Assembly: GCA_035084275.1 (NCBI GenBank)
Contig: CM068742.1
Coordinates: 28,396,001 to 28,460,000 of the forward strand
Direction of reading: 5' to 3'
DNA from: Hydrolagus colliei
Taxonomy: Eukaryota
DNA: 64,000 nt
Under the pieces are notes generated by a model. That model was not told the origin of the DNA, did not search any database, and saw only the letters and a list, made by a program, of their open reading frames with translations. A program made the translations under genes and the position numbers. Shown here in pieces: positions 1 to 12,830 of the stretch (the first letter of the stretch is position 1; the number at the start of each line of letters is the position of its first letter).

Positions 1-1602
1 CTTGCCACTGATTGACCAGCTGGGACCATCCTAACCTCTATAGCATTGGCTTGTGGGAGCTGAGCGGAAGGGTTTCCTGCCACTGAGCCAAGCTGGCTAT
101 GCTGCCATCAGCAGTACCCTGGAATATTCCAGGGCTGTCTGGCTCAGGAACCAATCTACTGAGACTGCCACAAGGGTTAATTTGCCTCCAACCATTCAGT
201 ACCAAGAATGCCACCTTGAAGCCACTTCAGCTCTGAGGACATCTTACTTATTCCTCCACCATTTCCAAAGATTAATTAGGTAATAATGTCTGCCCATCAA
301 GAGAAACATTGGAAAGTTCCACGTCCAGATGGTTTGCACGTTCACTGTTTTGGGACATCCTTTCAACATGAAAGGCGCTGCATAAATGCAATTTGTTGTT
401 GTTTTTGTTGTTGCAAATGTGGTACTCTCAATGTAGTCTGGATATCTTTGGCATGGTGATGGGTCTCTGCATGTGTCAGACACCCGGCTGACCAATACAA
501 ATTATAATAGGGCATTTGTTTCACTGGCCTTTTGGAGATATTTCCCTCCCTTACATTTCTAACTTCTCTTGTGCTCTACCATTTCTCAATTTTTTTTCAG
601 ACTTCAATTTGGATTGGAACAAATGGACCAAGGCACCTTGCTTTACCTCCTGACCTCTTAGGTGCAAATTAAAATTTTCTGCTACAGAAACAGTCGATTA
701 AAATGACAAGATTAATTGTTACTGTGTCGATGAAACCCGGCAGAAGCGCTGTTCAAGTTAAGATGGAGGATTAGAGTGGGGAAGGTCCTAGCTTTAATTA
801 TATAATGCTTAGCATTTAGTGAATATGGATCAAAATAAACTGTGTAATTGGCTGGCACATTTGCCCACAAAATACACAGTGAATCCTGTGAAGTCGTATC
901 AATTATGTGATAAGGCACTAACTGTACATCAAATGCAAGGAATAGTGTTATTATTATTAGAAATGCTAGAGCATCTCAAAGATGAAATTAAACAAAATAA
1001 TTTAGGTACATCCATACAATACAATTTATGTTTGCACAGAGCCTTCTCTATCAGGAGGATGTTGCAATGCACATTTCTTCATTGAGTAAGAGAAAGAAAT
1101 AACTTGCATTTTATAGAGCTTATACTACTGAAACACCTCAAAATACTTTACTGTAATACTGGTCATGTTTAGTGACTGTTTTTCTGCAGGCAAATGTGAC
1201 AGCGGTTTTGACCACAAAAACTTTATATAACACCCCTTGTATAGGGTAGAGTCTCAGAACACAGCAAAAACCTACAAGCAGTCATGTTGAATGACTAATT
1301 AACCAGTGAACATAAACATTGAGGTTGAAAAGCAGTGTAAATAAGGTTCCCCATTATAGTTTGATATTCCCAAAGGTGTTATTTGTAATGCTGAAAGCAA
1401 AAGTTACCCCAATAAGATAAATGAGGATGTAAATTGGCTGCCACATTCATATTCAAATACAGTATTTAAAGTATATCCTGAGAAGGATATACTGCAAATA
1501 CAGCTTTATGGCATGATAAGACGTTACATTAAATGCAAAGATTATTGCTATTAGAACTGAAAATCCTATTATAAATACTAAATGAAACAATGACACCTGT
1601 AT

Positions 1603-2201
1603 ACTACGGAAACTCTCTCCTAGTCGGCCTCCCCAGTTCCTCCATTCATAGGCTGCAGGCCATCCAAAACTCTGCAGCCCGTGTACTATCCCGCACCTGC
1701 CTCCGTGATCACATAACCCCCACCCTCGCCCGTCTCCACTGGCTCCCCATCCTCCAGAGGATCGAATTTAAGATCCTCGTCCTCACCTACAAGGCCTTAC
1801 ACGGCCTTGCCCCATCCTACCTAACCGATCTACTCTCCCCCTACACGCCCACCCGGACCCTCCGTTCAACAGGACTTGGCCTGCTCCAAGCCCCCCGCCC
1901 GAACCGCCCCACCATCGGAGGCTGGGCCTTCAGTTTCTCCGCTCCCACCTTATGGAATGCCATCCCTCAATCCCTCCATTTTGCCTCTTCCCTTTCCTCT
2001 TTCAAGGCCGATTTGAAGACTTTCCTCTTCGATCGTGCCTTTTGTTTCACCCCGAACTCTTTTACCTCCCCTTCGTGTTTCACCCCTTCCCAAACACTCC
2101 CCTCCCAGCTCGGGTCACACGCCTCTTGTTTAGCGCCTTGGGACGTCCTCCCGACGTGAAAGGCGCTATATAAATGTAAATTGTTGTTGTTGTTGTTGTT
2201 G
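1603..2201 (+). mobile_element. L2-clade LINE, 5'-truncated young copy (subfamily A), ORF2 C-terminus and (TTG)n tail
   Basis: ORF 1590..2159 reads YGNSLLVGLP..LQAIQNSAARVL..DHITPTLARLHWLPILQRIEFKIL..LWN, typical L2 ORF2 C-terminus; ends GTGAAAGGCGCTATATAAATGTAAA(TTG)n. Confidence 0.93.
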
Positions 2202-3107
2202 TATTGTTAATCCCCAATAACTGCATGTGTAAGTGACATATTGTTTGCCGGATGCTATTTGTATCAACATGATATTTTTGCAGAACAAATAACTTCCTGA
2301 TGGTGCAGATATATCAATGTGCTACTCAGCAAAGGTTAGCTTTAGGCTAACAGTTGACTGGGTTGGCAATGCACTGGTACAGCAATTGCTGACAGTACAA
2401 CTTTATTGTATTGTTATCTGTAAGCAGTCCACTAGATGGTGATCACAATTCACTGTTGGCCTGCAGAGTACACTCACATTATTAATGTTTTACAAAAACA
2501 TTAATAGACCAAACCTGAGATTTATAACTTAACATGCACTATTCAGTCACCACTTCCATCTGTGAAATATTTGTATCAATATGTGAAGAGGGTTGTTTGC
2601 CTGCAGTTTTAAGTAAAAATACTTTAAAAGTACAGTATGTAGGTTTAGAGGCTACAAAGGACAATTTCACAACAGATACCTGGAGGTTTGTCTTTACTCT
2701 GAGGATAATTGATGACTAGAACAGGTTGCCAGAAAAGGTGGTGAAGGCCAGAACTCTGGATTAATTTGGACCGCAGTTGATGCTGTGATGGGAACATGGT
2801 AGGGAACTGTTCTGGGGGCATGAGATCGGAGGTCAAAGGGACTTTCTCATCTAAACCAATCTTATGATCTCGTGAAAATGTGTTTTTGTGTATTAAACAA
2901 AACTTGTGGGTTTGTAAATGAAAACTGTGTTCAAAATCATGGAAACAAGTAACTATGACATTTTTCTCAAACAATTTTCTCTGCTGAAGGCAGTGCCTTT
3001 ATTATGAAGTACTGTCTTATAAGTACCACATACGTTTGACTTAGAGGTGAAAGTTCCACAAACTGAGTCACACTGACACATGTTGTACCATATGGCAGCA
3101 CAATAAA

Positions 3108-3415
3108 TGGAGTCCTGTAGCTCAGCGGTTAGAGCACTCGCCTTACAAGTGAGAGACCTGGGTTTAATTCCAGGCAGGGCAAAACCTGGGGCAAGTTTCC
3201 TTACTCCATACGCCTAATAATAATCCCTCAAAAAAACAACCAATAATAAATTGGTCAATTCAACTGTTTGTGGGACACTGCTATGTGCAATTGGCTGCTG
3301 CGTTTTGCCCACAAATATACAGTCGATTCACTTTACAGTATATTCTGTGAAACATTTGAGACATCTAGAAGATATGAAAAGCGCTCTATCAAATGCAAGG
3401 AATATTATTATTATT
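3108..3415 (+). mobile_element. tRNA-derived SINE, full length, L2-type tail
   Basis: tRNA-like head TGGAGTCCTGTAGCTCAGCGGTTAGAGCACTCGCCTT (A box, degenerate B box); body GGGCAAGTTTCCTTACTCC..GTGCAATTGGCTGC; tail GAAAAGCGCTCTATCAAATGCAAGG(ATT)n; many copies in window. Confidence 0.92.
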
Positions 3416-5555
3416 AATAATAAACATCAGAAGTGTCTCGATTAACTAAGTTTGGGGAGATGGAAAAGCAAGCTATGGGTGTGTTTGTTAAAATTACTTT
3501 CTCCTACATTGTCAGTGTTTCTGTGACATGCATTAGGAGCTCATCCTGATGTCCTGAATATAAAATTGTTATTGTTGGAAACGGAAAACATATGATCAGA
3601 CATGGTGTGGTCAGAGACAATGTGGTCAGACACGTGACAAGACAAATAACTTCAATCATCAGGTGACCATTGTCAAGACAGTGATGCGCATGAATTATCC
3701 GGGCAGCCTCCCTCATAAAGATATTTATCACCAGCTGAGACATCTCCTCTGTTACTAATGAAGCTGGAGTACTCAAAGCACATTTCAGTTGGTTCTAAGT
3801 CTTGACTAGAAATATATTTTAAATCATTGCATTCCACTTCTCACATTATCCAGAATATTATGTTTTTTGAATTGTAAAAGCAACCAGTGATAATTGATTT
3901 AGTTTACAGAGAATATTACGATTCTTGGAGACATTTACCACAGTAATGTATTCAGTGAAAAAAACCATTAGGGAACATTTTGGCCTTTTGTTTCTGAATT
4001 TGCGAAATACATGCAAGCGCACTGTGCAGAAAGGTTTAGAAAGGCAGAAAGTTGCTTTCAACAATGCACATTGTTGTTTCCACATACTAAATTGTGAAAG
4101 GGTTTCAAAGTGATGACAAGCATCTTGAACTCAATCCTCTGGGAGATGGGGAGCCAGGCAAGGATGGGGTTGATTAGCTTATGGAGCTTAGCGCAAGAGA
4201 GGACATAAGCTGCAGAGTTACTTGTTACTCTTATTTTACTTGTGTAAGCGAAAACACCAAGTCTTTAACCCCTTTATATACCTTAATGGACTGCTATTAG
4301 TAGCACTGCTATGGGATAAATACACTATGAAATAATTTTACAGAAATACCTTTATAAAATTGAATAGAATGATGCCATTATTGATAAGAGTTGACATAAA
4401 TGCTTTGGATACAATAATAATATAATCATCCTTGCATTTGATATAGTGCTTTACCATATCGTCTCAAAGCATTTCACAGAATTTCACTGTGAAATGCAAT
4501 GACTGTATTTGTAGACTAACATGACAGCCAAATTCACTTTTCTTTTTGAATAGTGCCACAGAATCTTTAATGTTCACTTAGACCCGCAGGAGGCAGGAGG
4601 GAACAAGGAGAGATGGCTGAAACAATACAGGTAGAAATGAATGAGAGACCATAAAATACAGTTTGTTATGGTAGGGTAGACGAAGGGAGTGTGCGGTAAT
4701 CATCCTGAAGCAAGTTTCTGGAACTTGCCCTCACAGCAGCAAGAAGTGGGCATTAAAGGATTGATGCTTTTACGAGGATTGAAAGGCAGTGATTCACTCG
4801 AGATTGTACATTGCACATTGCACTGACCTTGTGAAGTAATGATCAGGACCCCCACCCAAACATTGTGATAAAACATCTCTGAGCCTCTTGGACATCTCCT
4901 ATTAATTTTCACTGCAAATCTTCACATTGTGCCACACATGGTCACGTCAGTTTCTGGGGCTGGGTGTGATTACTGTGTGAGGGCCCATCTGCAATGAAAC
5001 ACCATGAATTGGACACCTGTTGGGGTTGTCAATGAAACAAATGTCTTGCAAACACCTCCGGATCTAAACTGGGAATATAATTATGCAGTTGATTAAAATG
5101 CTTATTAGGAAGTGAAAACATACCCAATACCAAGCCTGAATAATGATTGGTCCATAGGGACAGATGCCCGATTCTGTTATAATAAATTCAAGAGAATGCT
5201 CTCTTTGAATTGTTGATGGCTCAGGGGGAAAATAGGAAGATGAGAACTGGTCAGCACATTACACAAATCAAAGTTTTCTGAAATGTAAAGCTGACTTTTT
5301 ATTTAGGTTCATCTATCACATCATCCGTGTCTCTAGATCTCATCTCATTTAAAAGCTGAATGTGCAGCTACTATATTTCTGAGGAACAAGTGAGGGATAC
5401 CACATAGATTCCCCTGGGCTACTACATTTACACATTTTGTGTATGAACATCCCTGACCATATCCATAGACCCAGATGTGATATCACATTAAGACATTCAT
5501 AGGTGTTTTGTGCTTATTCTACCTTTCCATAGCTAAATAACCAAATTCAGACTTC

Positions 5556-5861
5556 TAATAATAATAACAATCCTCGCATTTGATATAGCGCTTTTCGCGC
5601 CTTCTAGACATCTCAAAGTGCATCACAGAATATACTGTAAAGTGAATTGACTGTATATTTTGTGGGCAAAACCTGGTAGCCAATTGTGCACAGCACTGTC
5701 CCACAAACAGTCATGGATTGAAATGACCAGTTTATTATTTTTTTTTGAGAATTATTAGTAGGCGTGTGGAGTAAGGAAACATGCCCAAGGTTTTGCCTTG
5801 TCTGGAATTGAACCCTGGTCTCTCACTGGTGCTGCTCTAACCACTGAGCTACAGGACTCCA
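5556..5861 (-). mobile_element. tRNA-derived SINE, full length
   Basis: Reverse complement of the 3108 family end to end (..CTGAGCTACAGGACTCCA). Confidence 0.92.
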
Positions 5862-5867
5862 CTTATT

Positions 5868-5990
5868 ATAGAAACATAGAAACGTGGGAACAGAAGCAGG
5901 CCATTCAGCTTCTCAAGCTTTTCTGCTATTCTATTAGATCGTGGCTAACCTGTAGCTCAACTCCATTTATTGGCCTTTGCCCCATATCTG
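5868..5990 (-). mobile_element. CR1-clade LINE 3' tail
   Basis: Minus strand ends GAATGGCCTGCTTCTGTTCC..TTTCTATGTTTCTAT, homologous to the 3' end of the CR1 at 51908-52368. Confidence 0.75.
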
Positions 5991-6003
5991 CCTTTGCTCC
6001 ATA

Positions 6004-6152
6004 TTTGCTATGCACAATTGGCAGCTGTGTTTCGTCCACAAAATATACAGTCAATTCACTTTACAGTACATTCTGTGACGTGCTTTGAGACATCTCAAGG
6101 ACGTGATAAGGCAACAATAACAAATTACACTATATCAAATGCAAGGATTATC
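6004..6152 (+). mobile_element. SINE 3' half
   Basis: GCACAATTGGCAGC..AAATATACAGTCAATTCACTTTACAG..TCAAATGCAAGGATTA. Confidence 0.85.
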
Positions 6153-6443
6153 GTTACTTTATTCCTTGATACCCAAACAAAAATGTATCGATCTCAGTCT
6201 TGAAAATTTATTCTCCTGCATGGATCTTTTCCTTATCTATTGCTTGTCTCTCGTTCCCTCCATCACATTGGTGGAGCCAAGCTTCCAGTCACTGTGAAAT
6301 AGAGAATTCACAAGGTTCATGTGCAACCAACATTTCTGCATGGTGCTTACGAAAGAACATCAGCAGAGACTTAAAGTGGCTGTGTTGGGCAAAGTGGCAT
6401 TTGGGAAGAATGAGTATCATCCACCACTCAAATAGTGAGAAGC

Positions 6444-6745
6444 AACAACAACAACAAATTACATTTGTATAATGCCTTTCACATTGTGAGGAACATAGGA
6501 ATAATAATAATCCTTGCATTTGATATAGCGCTTTTCACACGCTTGACAGAATATACTATAAAGTGAATTCATTGTATATTTGTGGGTGAAATATAGGAAC
6601 ATAGGAACAGGAGTAGGCCATTCAACCCTTTGAACCTGTTCCGCCATTTAATTAGATCACGACTGATTTGTAGTTCAACTAAGCCTTTCAATTCCAACTT
6701 CTGTTTTCTCCCCATATTCCTTAATACCCTGATCTACCAAAAATT
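6444..6745 (-). mobile_element. Stack of three retroposon 3' ends: L2 tail, SINE tail, CR1 tail
   Basis: (CAA)n L2 tail ~6444-6497; (AAT)nCCTTGCATTTGATATAGCGC SINE tail ~6500-6591; ATAGGAACATAGGAACAGGAGTAGGCCATTC CR1 tail from ~6592. Confidence 0.8.
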
Positions 6746-8334
6746 TGTTATCCCAAAGATGTAGCAAGGCACTGATCAGACTGTATCCAGGAATGGATTG
6801 TGTTATAGCAAGTAAACTAGAACGAGTGCATCAGATAGAAGTGATAGAATAGGTCAAGATGGGGAAGACTGTGTGGAAGGCCGAAACCCAAACTACACCG
6901 AGAGATTTGAATGGTAAAGTAACACAGACAGGAAAGATCGTCGTGAGAAGAAAGGCATAGTGACTCCGTGTCATATCTACAAGCAGATTGTTTTTGACGA
7001 CTGAATGATTCTGATTTGAAATATAGAAAAAAAGGCTGAACTGTTTGTTTGACTGACCATAATAATATTGGCTATATCAATAGTTTCCAAAGGAATGTGG
7101 AATGTGATCCAGGAATGGATTGACTCAGATGCAACAACCAATTGATGTCCAGTCTTTAGTTAGCTGCAGGAGGAGCAATTCTGGGATATTAGATATGTGT
7201 CAGCTTTTTACAACACCCAGCGCTCCATGCATCAGAATGAGTATGTATGTCCACCAGCCTTCCCAACCACACAGAAATGCGTATGTGTAGTAGAAATGCA
7301 CCTTCCTGTATTTATCGCCGCTGAAGTCAATGTTGTACATTGAGTCAATATAGCTCAATATCTGGGGTGAGAGAGAGACAGGTATTAAAAATATTCCTAT
7401 CTAGGTTTTAACCTCTTCATTTCCAGAATAAAATGGGTTAAAACATGTGAAATATAAAAATATCAAATGCAAGGATTATTATTAGATGATGATGATGATT
7501 ATTATTATTATTATTATTATATTGTTGACCAGAGGTCAGACAGGAACCAAACTGATAGAAATATCTTTGTAAGTGTAAAATCATGAACTTTCCATTCATT
7601 TTTCTTTAAAAAACGGACATCTATGTTCAGAGAGATAAAATGCAGTTTTGCCCAATAGAACCTCTCCCTTGCCCCTCTCCTTATTTACCTGCTGCAGTGC
7701 TGAACTGGTGTCAGAGCAACAAAAAGAGTTTTAAACCACAGATTGTTTTGTTTCTGATTTATCTGAAACCTGACCCAGGGAGAGCTCCACTTGCAGTATT
7801 TATATTCTGAGCTCATTACAGATAAAGACCTAAAGTTCAGGATGTCTTCCTTATAGCGACTCAAATGCCTTAAGCAATGTTCTCCATTAGACCCAAACAA
7901 GTTGACCTCTGATGGAACAGTTGTCTTTGTTGGTAACCTCTATTTCCTTCACTCAATGTTCTGTGTGGCCCTCTTCATCCATCTATTTGAGACTCTCATT
8001 TTTGCTAATTGACAGAGCATAAAATTACCATAAGTACAGCACACACCAGTCACCTGTCCCAAGTACAAAAGCATTTAGCAATCTAACTTGTCATAGAAAA
8101 ATAATACGAAAAGGAAACTTGAGATATTATCAAGCAAAAAGGAAATGGAGAGGCTCATGGTACTTAATGTTACTGTTCCCCTTCCAACAGAATATTAGTC
8201 TTGAATCAACAGTTTTGGAGTGAAACCTCCTTTAAACCCTTCCAAGAGCTGGGGTGATACTGACTCAGGCTAAGTTTATGGAATTTCAACCAAATATTAA
8301 TTTATGTTTTTTTCTATGCTATTTTAATGATCAA

Positions 8335-8490
8335 TTAGGGGATCTTATCACTGTGCAGTAAATTGTAACCGTTGCTTCAAATAATGGGACGCAATCGCAT
8401 AGATGCGATTAAGGCAATTATTAGCAATGAAATATAAAGTTAATGTGCCGCAGCAAGACCATTAATGGTAATGTCAAGAGGGCTTCACCT
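8335..8490. promoter_or_regulatory. Candidate conserved non-coding element
   Basis: Unique sequence with clustered TAAT/ATTA motifs, retained CpGs and the inverted repeat AATCGCAT-AG-ATGCGATT; conservation not tested. Confidence 0.45.
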
Positions 8491-9064
8491 CCTCCGCCCT
8501 CCATATTCCTGTGAGTGGGGAGGGAAGTTTCATCCTGTGGCAGCCGTATATCCATTTATTTTGCCTGACAGTCTGGTATACCAGTGTGGATCTGTTGACT
8601 GGTTCAGGAGAGGGAGTTGTCCACAGCTAAATCTCTGCAGAGTAGAATTGAAAATTCATCCCTTTTTCCCTTGTGCTAGATTTCCACATCATCATCCCTT
8701 TTTTGGCTGAGTCATTAAGTTATGTCCTGTTTGCCTTGTGAGTCATGTATCCTTAGGGGACACTCCTGATTCTATTTAAAATAAGTGGAATATCTTTCTT
8801 GATGATCCCACTTTATATTCAGTCTTGATGCAAGTTCACCCCCTTCAAAATTCTAATGAATTGGCCGCTCATTTCTTTGCTGTTTGTAGGGTGTTGCTGG
8901 TGGAAATCAATTGCTGTGTTTGCCTCCATAACAACTCAACGTTAGCTTCATTTCTGAAAAATCTCATTGTGTAAAGTGTTTAGAGAAGCTTCTTTTTTGT
9001 GAAAGAACCAACATAATAATAATACAGTATGTGAACATACTTTTACATGAAAGAATCAACATAA

Positions 9065-9584
9065 TGGAGTCTTGTAGCTGAATAGCAGAGCATTCGCCTT
9101 GCAAGCGAGAGACCAGGGTTCGATTCCACTCAGGGTGAATCCTTGGCCAACTTTTTTTACACCACACGTCTGATAATAATCCCTCAAAAAAAAGAATTGG
9201 TCCCTCCATCCCACAGTCCCTTCACCTCACTTCCTCCCTTGCCTCCTTCAAGGCCAGTGTCAAGACCCTCCTCTTCGATTGTGCCTTCTGCCACCCTCCC
9301 AATTCTTTCCCTCCCCTCCCCCCTACCCTGTCCCCCCCTCCCCACCCCCTCCCCACCCCCCACCCCCCTCCCTCCCTCCCCCCCTCCCCCCCTTGCTTAG
9401 GTCCCGACCTAACAGGCAGGAAGTCCCAGTGTTTTGGGACTTCCTGCCGACGTGAAAGACGTTCGATAAATGTAATTTTGTTGTTGTTGTTGTTCAATCC
9501 TCGACTGTTTGTGGAACACTGCTGTGCGCAATTGGCTGCTGCGTTTCCCTCACAACTACACAGTTAATTCACTTTACAGTATAT
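9065..9584 (+). mobile_element. tRNA-derived SINE split by an L2 3' fragment
   Basis: SINE head and body 9065-9204; resumes at ~9494 with TCAATCCTCGACTGTTTGTGG, the expected continuation. Confidence 0.88.
9205..9493 (+). mobile_element. L2 3' fragment nested in SINE, with C-rich 3' region
   Basis: CCTTCAAGGCC..AAGACCCTCCTCTTCGATTGTGCCTT..GACGTGAAAG..TAAATGTAATT(TTG)n. Confidence 0.88.
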
Positions 9585-12448
9585 GTAGACATTGGCAATA
9601 CTATTCCATTTATCGGATTGAAGCTGAATCCCTCCTGGAATAAAAATAAACTTCCCACCCTCAGCACTGACACAAACAGCATCTGTTCAGTTTGTGCCAA
9701 GCTGAGCATTTTGCTTACGGTTGTGTAACGAATGACAGTTCCAGGCAAGGCTGGGATATTATTATCAGCCTGATTTGGAAGGTACACCTGGCCAGAGGCT
9801 TAATGAGATGCAGTTTTTTTTCACACATTGCAATCGTTCTGCTTTGTACTTTATATAAACTAAATTGTCTCTGGAAAGGGCAGAACATTCAAGTTTATGT
9901 CCTTGATGAAACTGCCAAAGCTGCTCCACACTTACCTGGCAGGTAAGTAATGGAATTCACAGCAAATTACTACCCCCGTGAGTTATTGTACTCAATTAAT
10001 GGGATGAGGAAGTACAGCTGCATATGTGATATTAGCAGCAGATGGTGGGAGGTGCAACATGACAAGAATTAATGCTTCCATTGAACTGTTTGTTTTTTCA
10101 ACAGTAATTTAGTTGCTTAAATGTAAAATCGTCTCCTAACCAATCATACACACTCACACCAACTGGCCGAAATACTGCATTGCTTCTCAAAACTAAAACT
10201 CTACTCATGGCAAAATGCGAGCTTCAAAGACAATTTTTTTGTATAAAAGCTTTTAAGTTATATACTGAAAATAATTGATTACAACTTTCACCTTGAACAA
10301 CTTGGCTTGTTCTAAGTGTAACTATCCTGGGGATTCAGCTACCAGGATGCTCTTCCTGCCTTAAACACAAGGAAAATAACATAAAGAGTTTGACACAGTG
10401 ATCTGAGAAATCTTGCGCTCCCTCAGGAAATCCAGAAATAGAGATCTTCATTATAAAAATATATTTGTGCTTTTTCTGGGATTTGGCAAGGAGTCTGTTT
10501 TGTCAAGCATGCAAAGACAATAATAGAAAGTCTTTGTACCTAGTAAAGTGTTCTTTAAGGTGGGGCTACTCATGTTCAAGTTAATTGGTCTATGTATTTC
10601 CAATATCTTGGTGATGTGCAGGTTTACTGTTCTCCTGGGGTTGCAGGTAATTGACGTTGACCTATTTCACAATCATTATAATAGTTATTCAGCACCAGGA
10701 TCTCTATTTCGTTCCAGTCCATCTGGTGTACTATACAGGTGAATTATACCGATAGAGAGTGATAATGAGTCCCTAGGGTTATTGAACTGCAGGATTATAT
10801 CATCTGCGTCTGAATAGATATATTCTCCGCTAGAAATCCTGCATCTTCCTTGGCATTTACTTATATTTCAGCCCCAGCATCAACATGATGTGTGGGGGCA
10901 ATGGCCAAGGACGTCTTCTAAGTCTGAATGATAAGCAGTTATTTGCTGAAATTGAGCTGCAGGAGAGATCAACACAGTGCGTATCCAACTTTGAATGTTT
11001 GGACCAAAGCATTTGATCTTTTCAAGACATGATGCCACTCATCCCTGCTGAATACTTTGGATTTAGTGCCAACATCAATGCTGTTCCATGAGCATTGGCA
11101 GATCTCCAATTCTTTACCCAAGATGCTATTATTAATGTGAACTAGACAGTGAGTGTCAATGGCCTATTTGACCATGGGAACCCATCGGTGGAGGGCTGCC
11201 AATTCCTGCTGTGATCCTAGGACTGGGCACTGAGCATCAAGTGGATGCACATGTGTATGAAGAAGGATCAGTACCAATTGTGAAGATCTCACAGTGTAAG
11301 TCACAGACTGTATCTGTGAATAAATATATGCTTGTTCAAGCTTTGTAGCAAGACGTTTTAACAAATAAAATTGCACCTAGTCTTAACCTGCAAAAGCAAT
11401 TTGTCTTAAAAGTTAAATTCAGCCCTAATTTGGAAGCTATTTTCTGCAATCCTTGAAAATAACAATCAGTAAGATTGAATAGAACAATTTATCACAATTA
11501 TTTGCCATATTAAATTTCCAAAACTTTTTTTTTATAGGATAAGTAACATTGGGGGTGTATGTTCAATATAATATTACAGTCGGCATTCAGGCAATGTGGA
11601 TTAAAGACTCTGTGAGTTATTGTTTTTCCATATGGCAGATTTTTTATATTAAATTAATTTACAGTATTGAGTTAGGTCACCAGTTTCAGATCTGGAATAA
11701 AGCATGGCCTGGACAGAGTCAGGGTAGTGAATCAAATGCAGCAACTGGCATCAGTGCTAAATAGAGTAAAGTGCCAAGTTTCTTTCTCAAACATTGATAC
11801 GCAGTGATCACTTACTGCAAAGTGATGATGCCACATGAGGATTTGGCTGTGAATGGGTTCCCATGGACATATAGGCCACTGACACTTGCTGTCTGGAGCT
11901 CCCATTAAATTTCTGTGAGGTGCTGGAGGCCTGCCAATGCCTATGGAACTGAGCCTCAGCTTTCAAGAAAGGACAGAATAAAGCAGGAGGAAATCGGAGG
12001 AGGTGGGAAAAAAGGATAATGAATATGATATCTTCAGGGGAATTGACTTGAGGGAGTTACTGAGCCAGCTAGTCTGTTAAGAATGAGACTGATACCAGTA
12101 AATCTTCAATGGCACATTTATATTGCAGAATACTGTACTTCATAGTGGGTTCAAATCTGTAACATCCTGAGGCTGCTGGTCCAAAGCCCTGGCGACAACA
12201 TTCAAACAACTGCACAAGCCTGAACCAAAGCTTACATCGCAGTTTCTAGGTCATGGATTACATTTTCTTCTCATGGATCTTCTTTGCACCCTTGGGAATG
12301 GCTTTGCTCTGTGGGGTATGAGTTAGTGACATGCCTAGCCAGAAAATAACAGTGTACCTCAAGGCAGAGTCTGTTACTGTAGAATTCTGAACATTTGTTG
12401 TTGAATCAGTAATAATCAGTAATAATAATAATAATGCTGATCTGTATT

Positions 12449-12652
12449 TAAACACAGAAGTTGCTGGGAACATGCAACAAGTCAGGTGACATCTATGGAG
12501 GTAGAAAAATTAGTTAACATTTCTGATGAAAGATCATAGACCTGAAATGTTAACTCATTTTCCTCTTTCCATAGATGCTGCCTGACCTGCTGCATGTTCC
12601 CAGTGACTTCTGTGTTTATACCAGATTTCCAGCATCTGCAGTACTTTCCTTT
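12449..12652. mobile_element. Penelope-type palindromic element with hammerhead core
   Basis: ~75-bp imperfect inverted arms (TAAACACAGAAG..GTTAACATTTC / GAAATGTTAAC..CTTCTGTGTTTA) around CTGATGA-A-AGATC-ATA-GACCT-GAAA. Confidence 0.7.
12518..12556 (+). ncRNA. Minimal hammerhead ribozyme motif (degenerate)
   Basis: CUGAUGA at 12523-12529, stem II with one mismatch, GAAA at 12544-12547; stem I weak. Confidence 0.5.
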
Positions 12653-12659
12653 TTTGGGA

Positions 12660-12830
12660 ATAATAATCCTCATGTTTGGTGTAGCGCCTTACCCTAATGT
12701 GTCCCAAATCACTTCATAGGATATACTGTAAAGTACACTGACTATATATTTTGTGGGAGAAAACGACAGCCAATTTGTGCACAGCAATGTTGCACACACA
12801 GCCATGGACTAAATAATCCATTTTATTGGC
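12660..12830 (-). mobile_element. Diverged SINE 3' half
   Basis: TAATAATCCTCATGTTTG..ATATACTGTAAAGT..CAGCCAATTTGTGCACAGCA. Confidence 0.75.

Noticed and set aside
3108-3180. tRNA genes here and at 5861, 9065, 24434, 33568, 58201 and 61067
   Set aside because: These are SINE heads continuing into a common body and tail; no complete cloverleaf or oligo-T terminator.
6801-7106. Solo LTR
   Set aside because: Starts with TG but does not end in CA, and the flanking repeat is 16 bp rather than 4-6 bp.
9928-9943. U1 snRNA gene or pseudogene
   Set aside because: Only ACTTACCTGGCAGG matches; the rest of U1 is absent.
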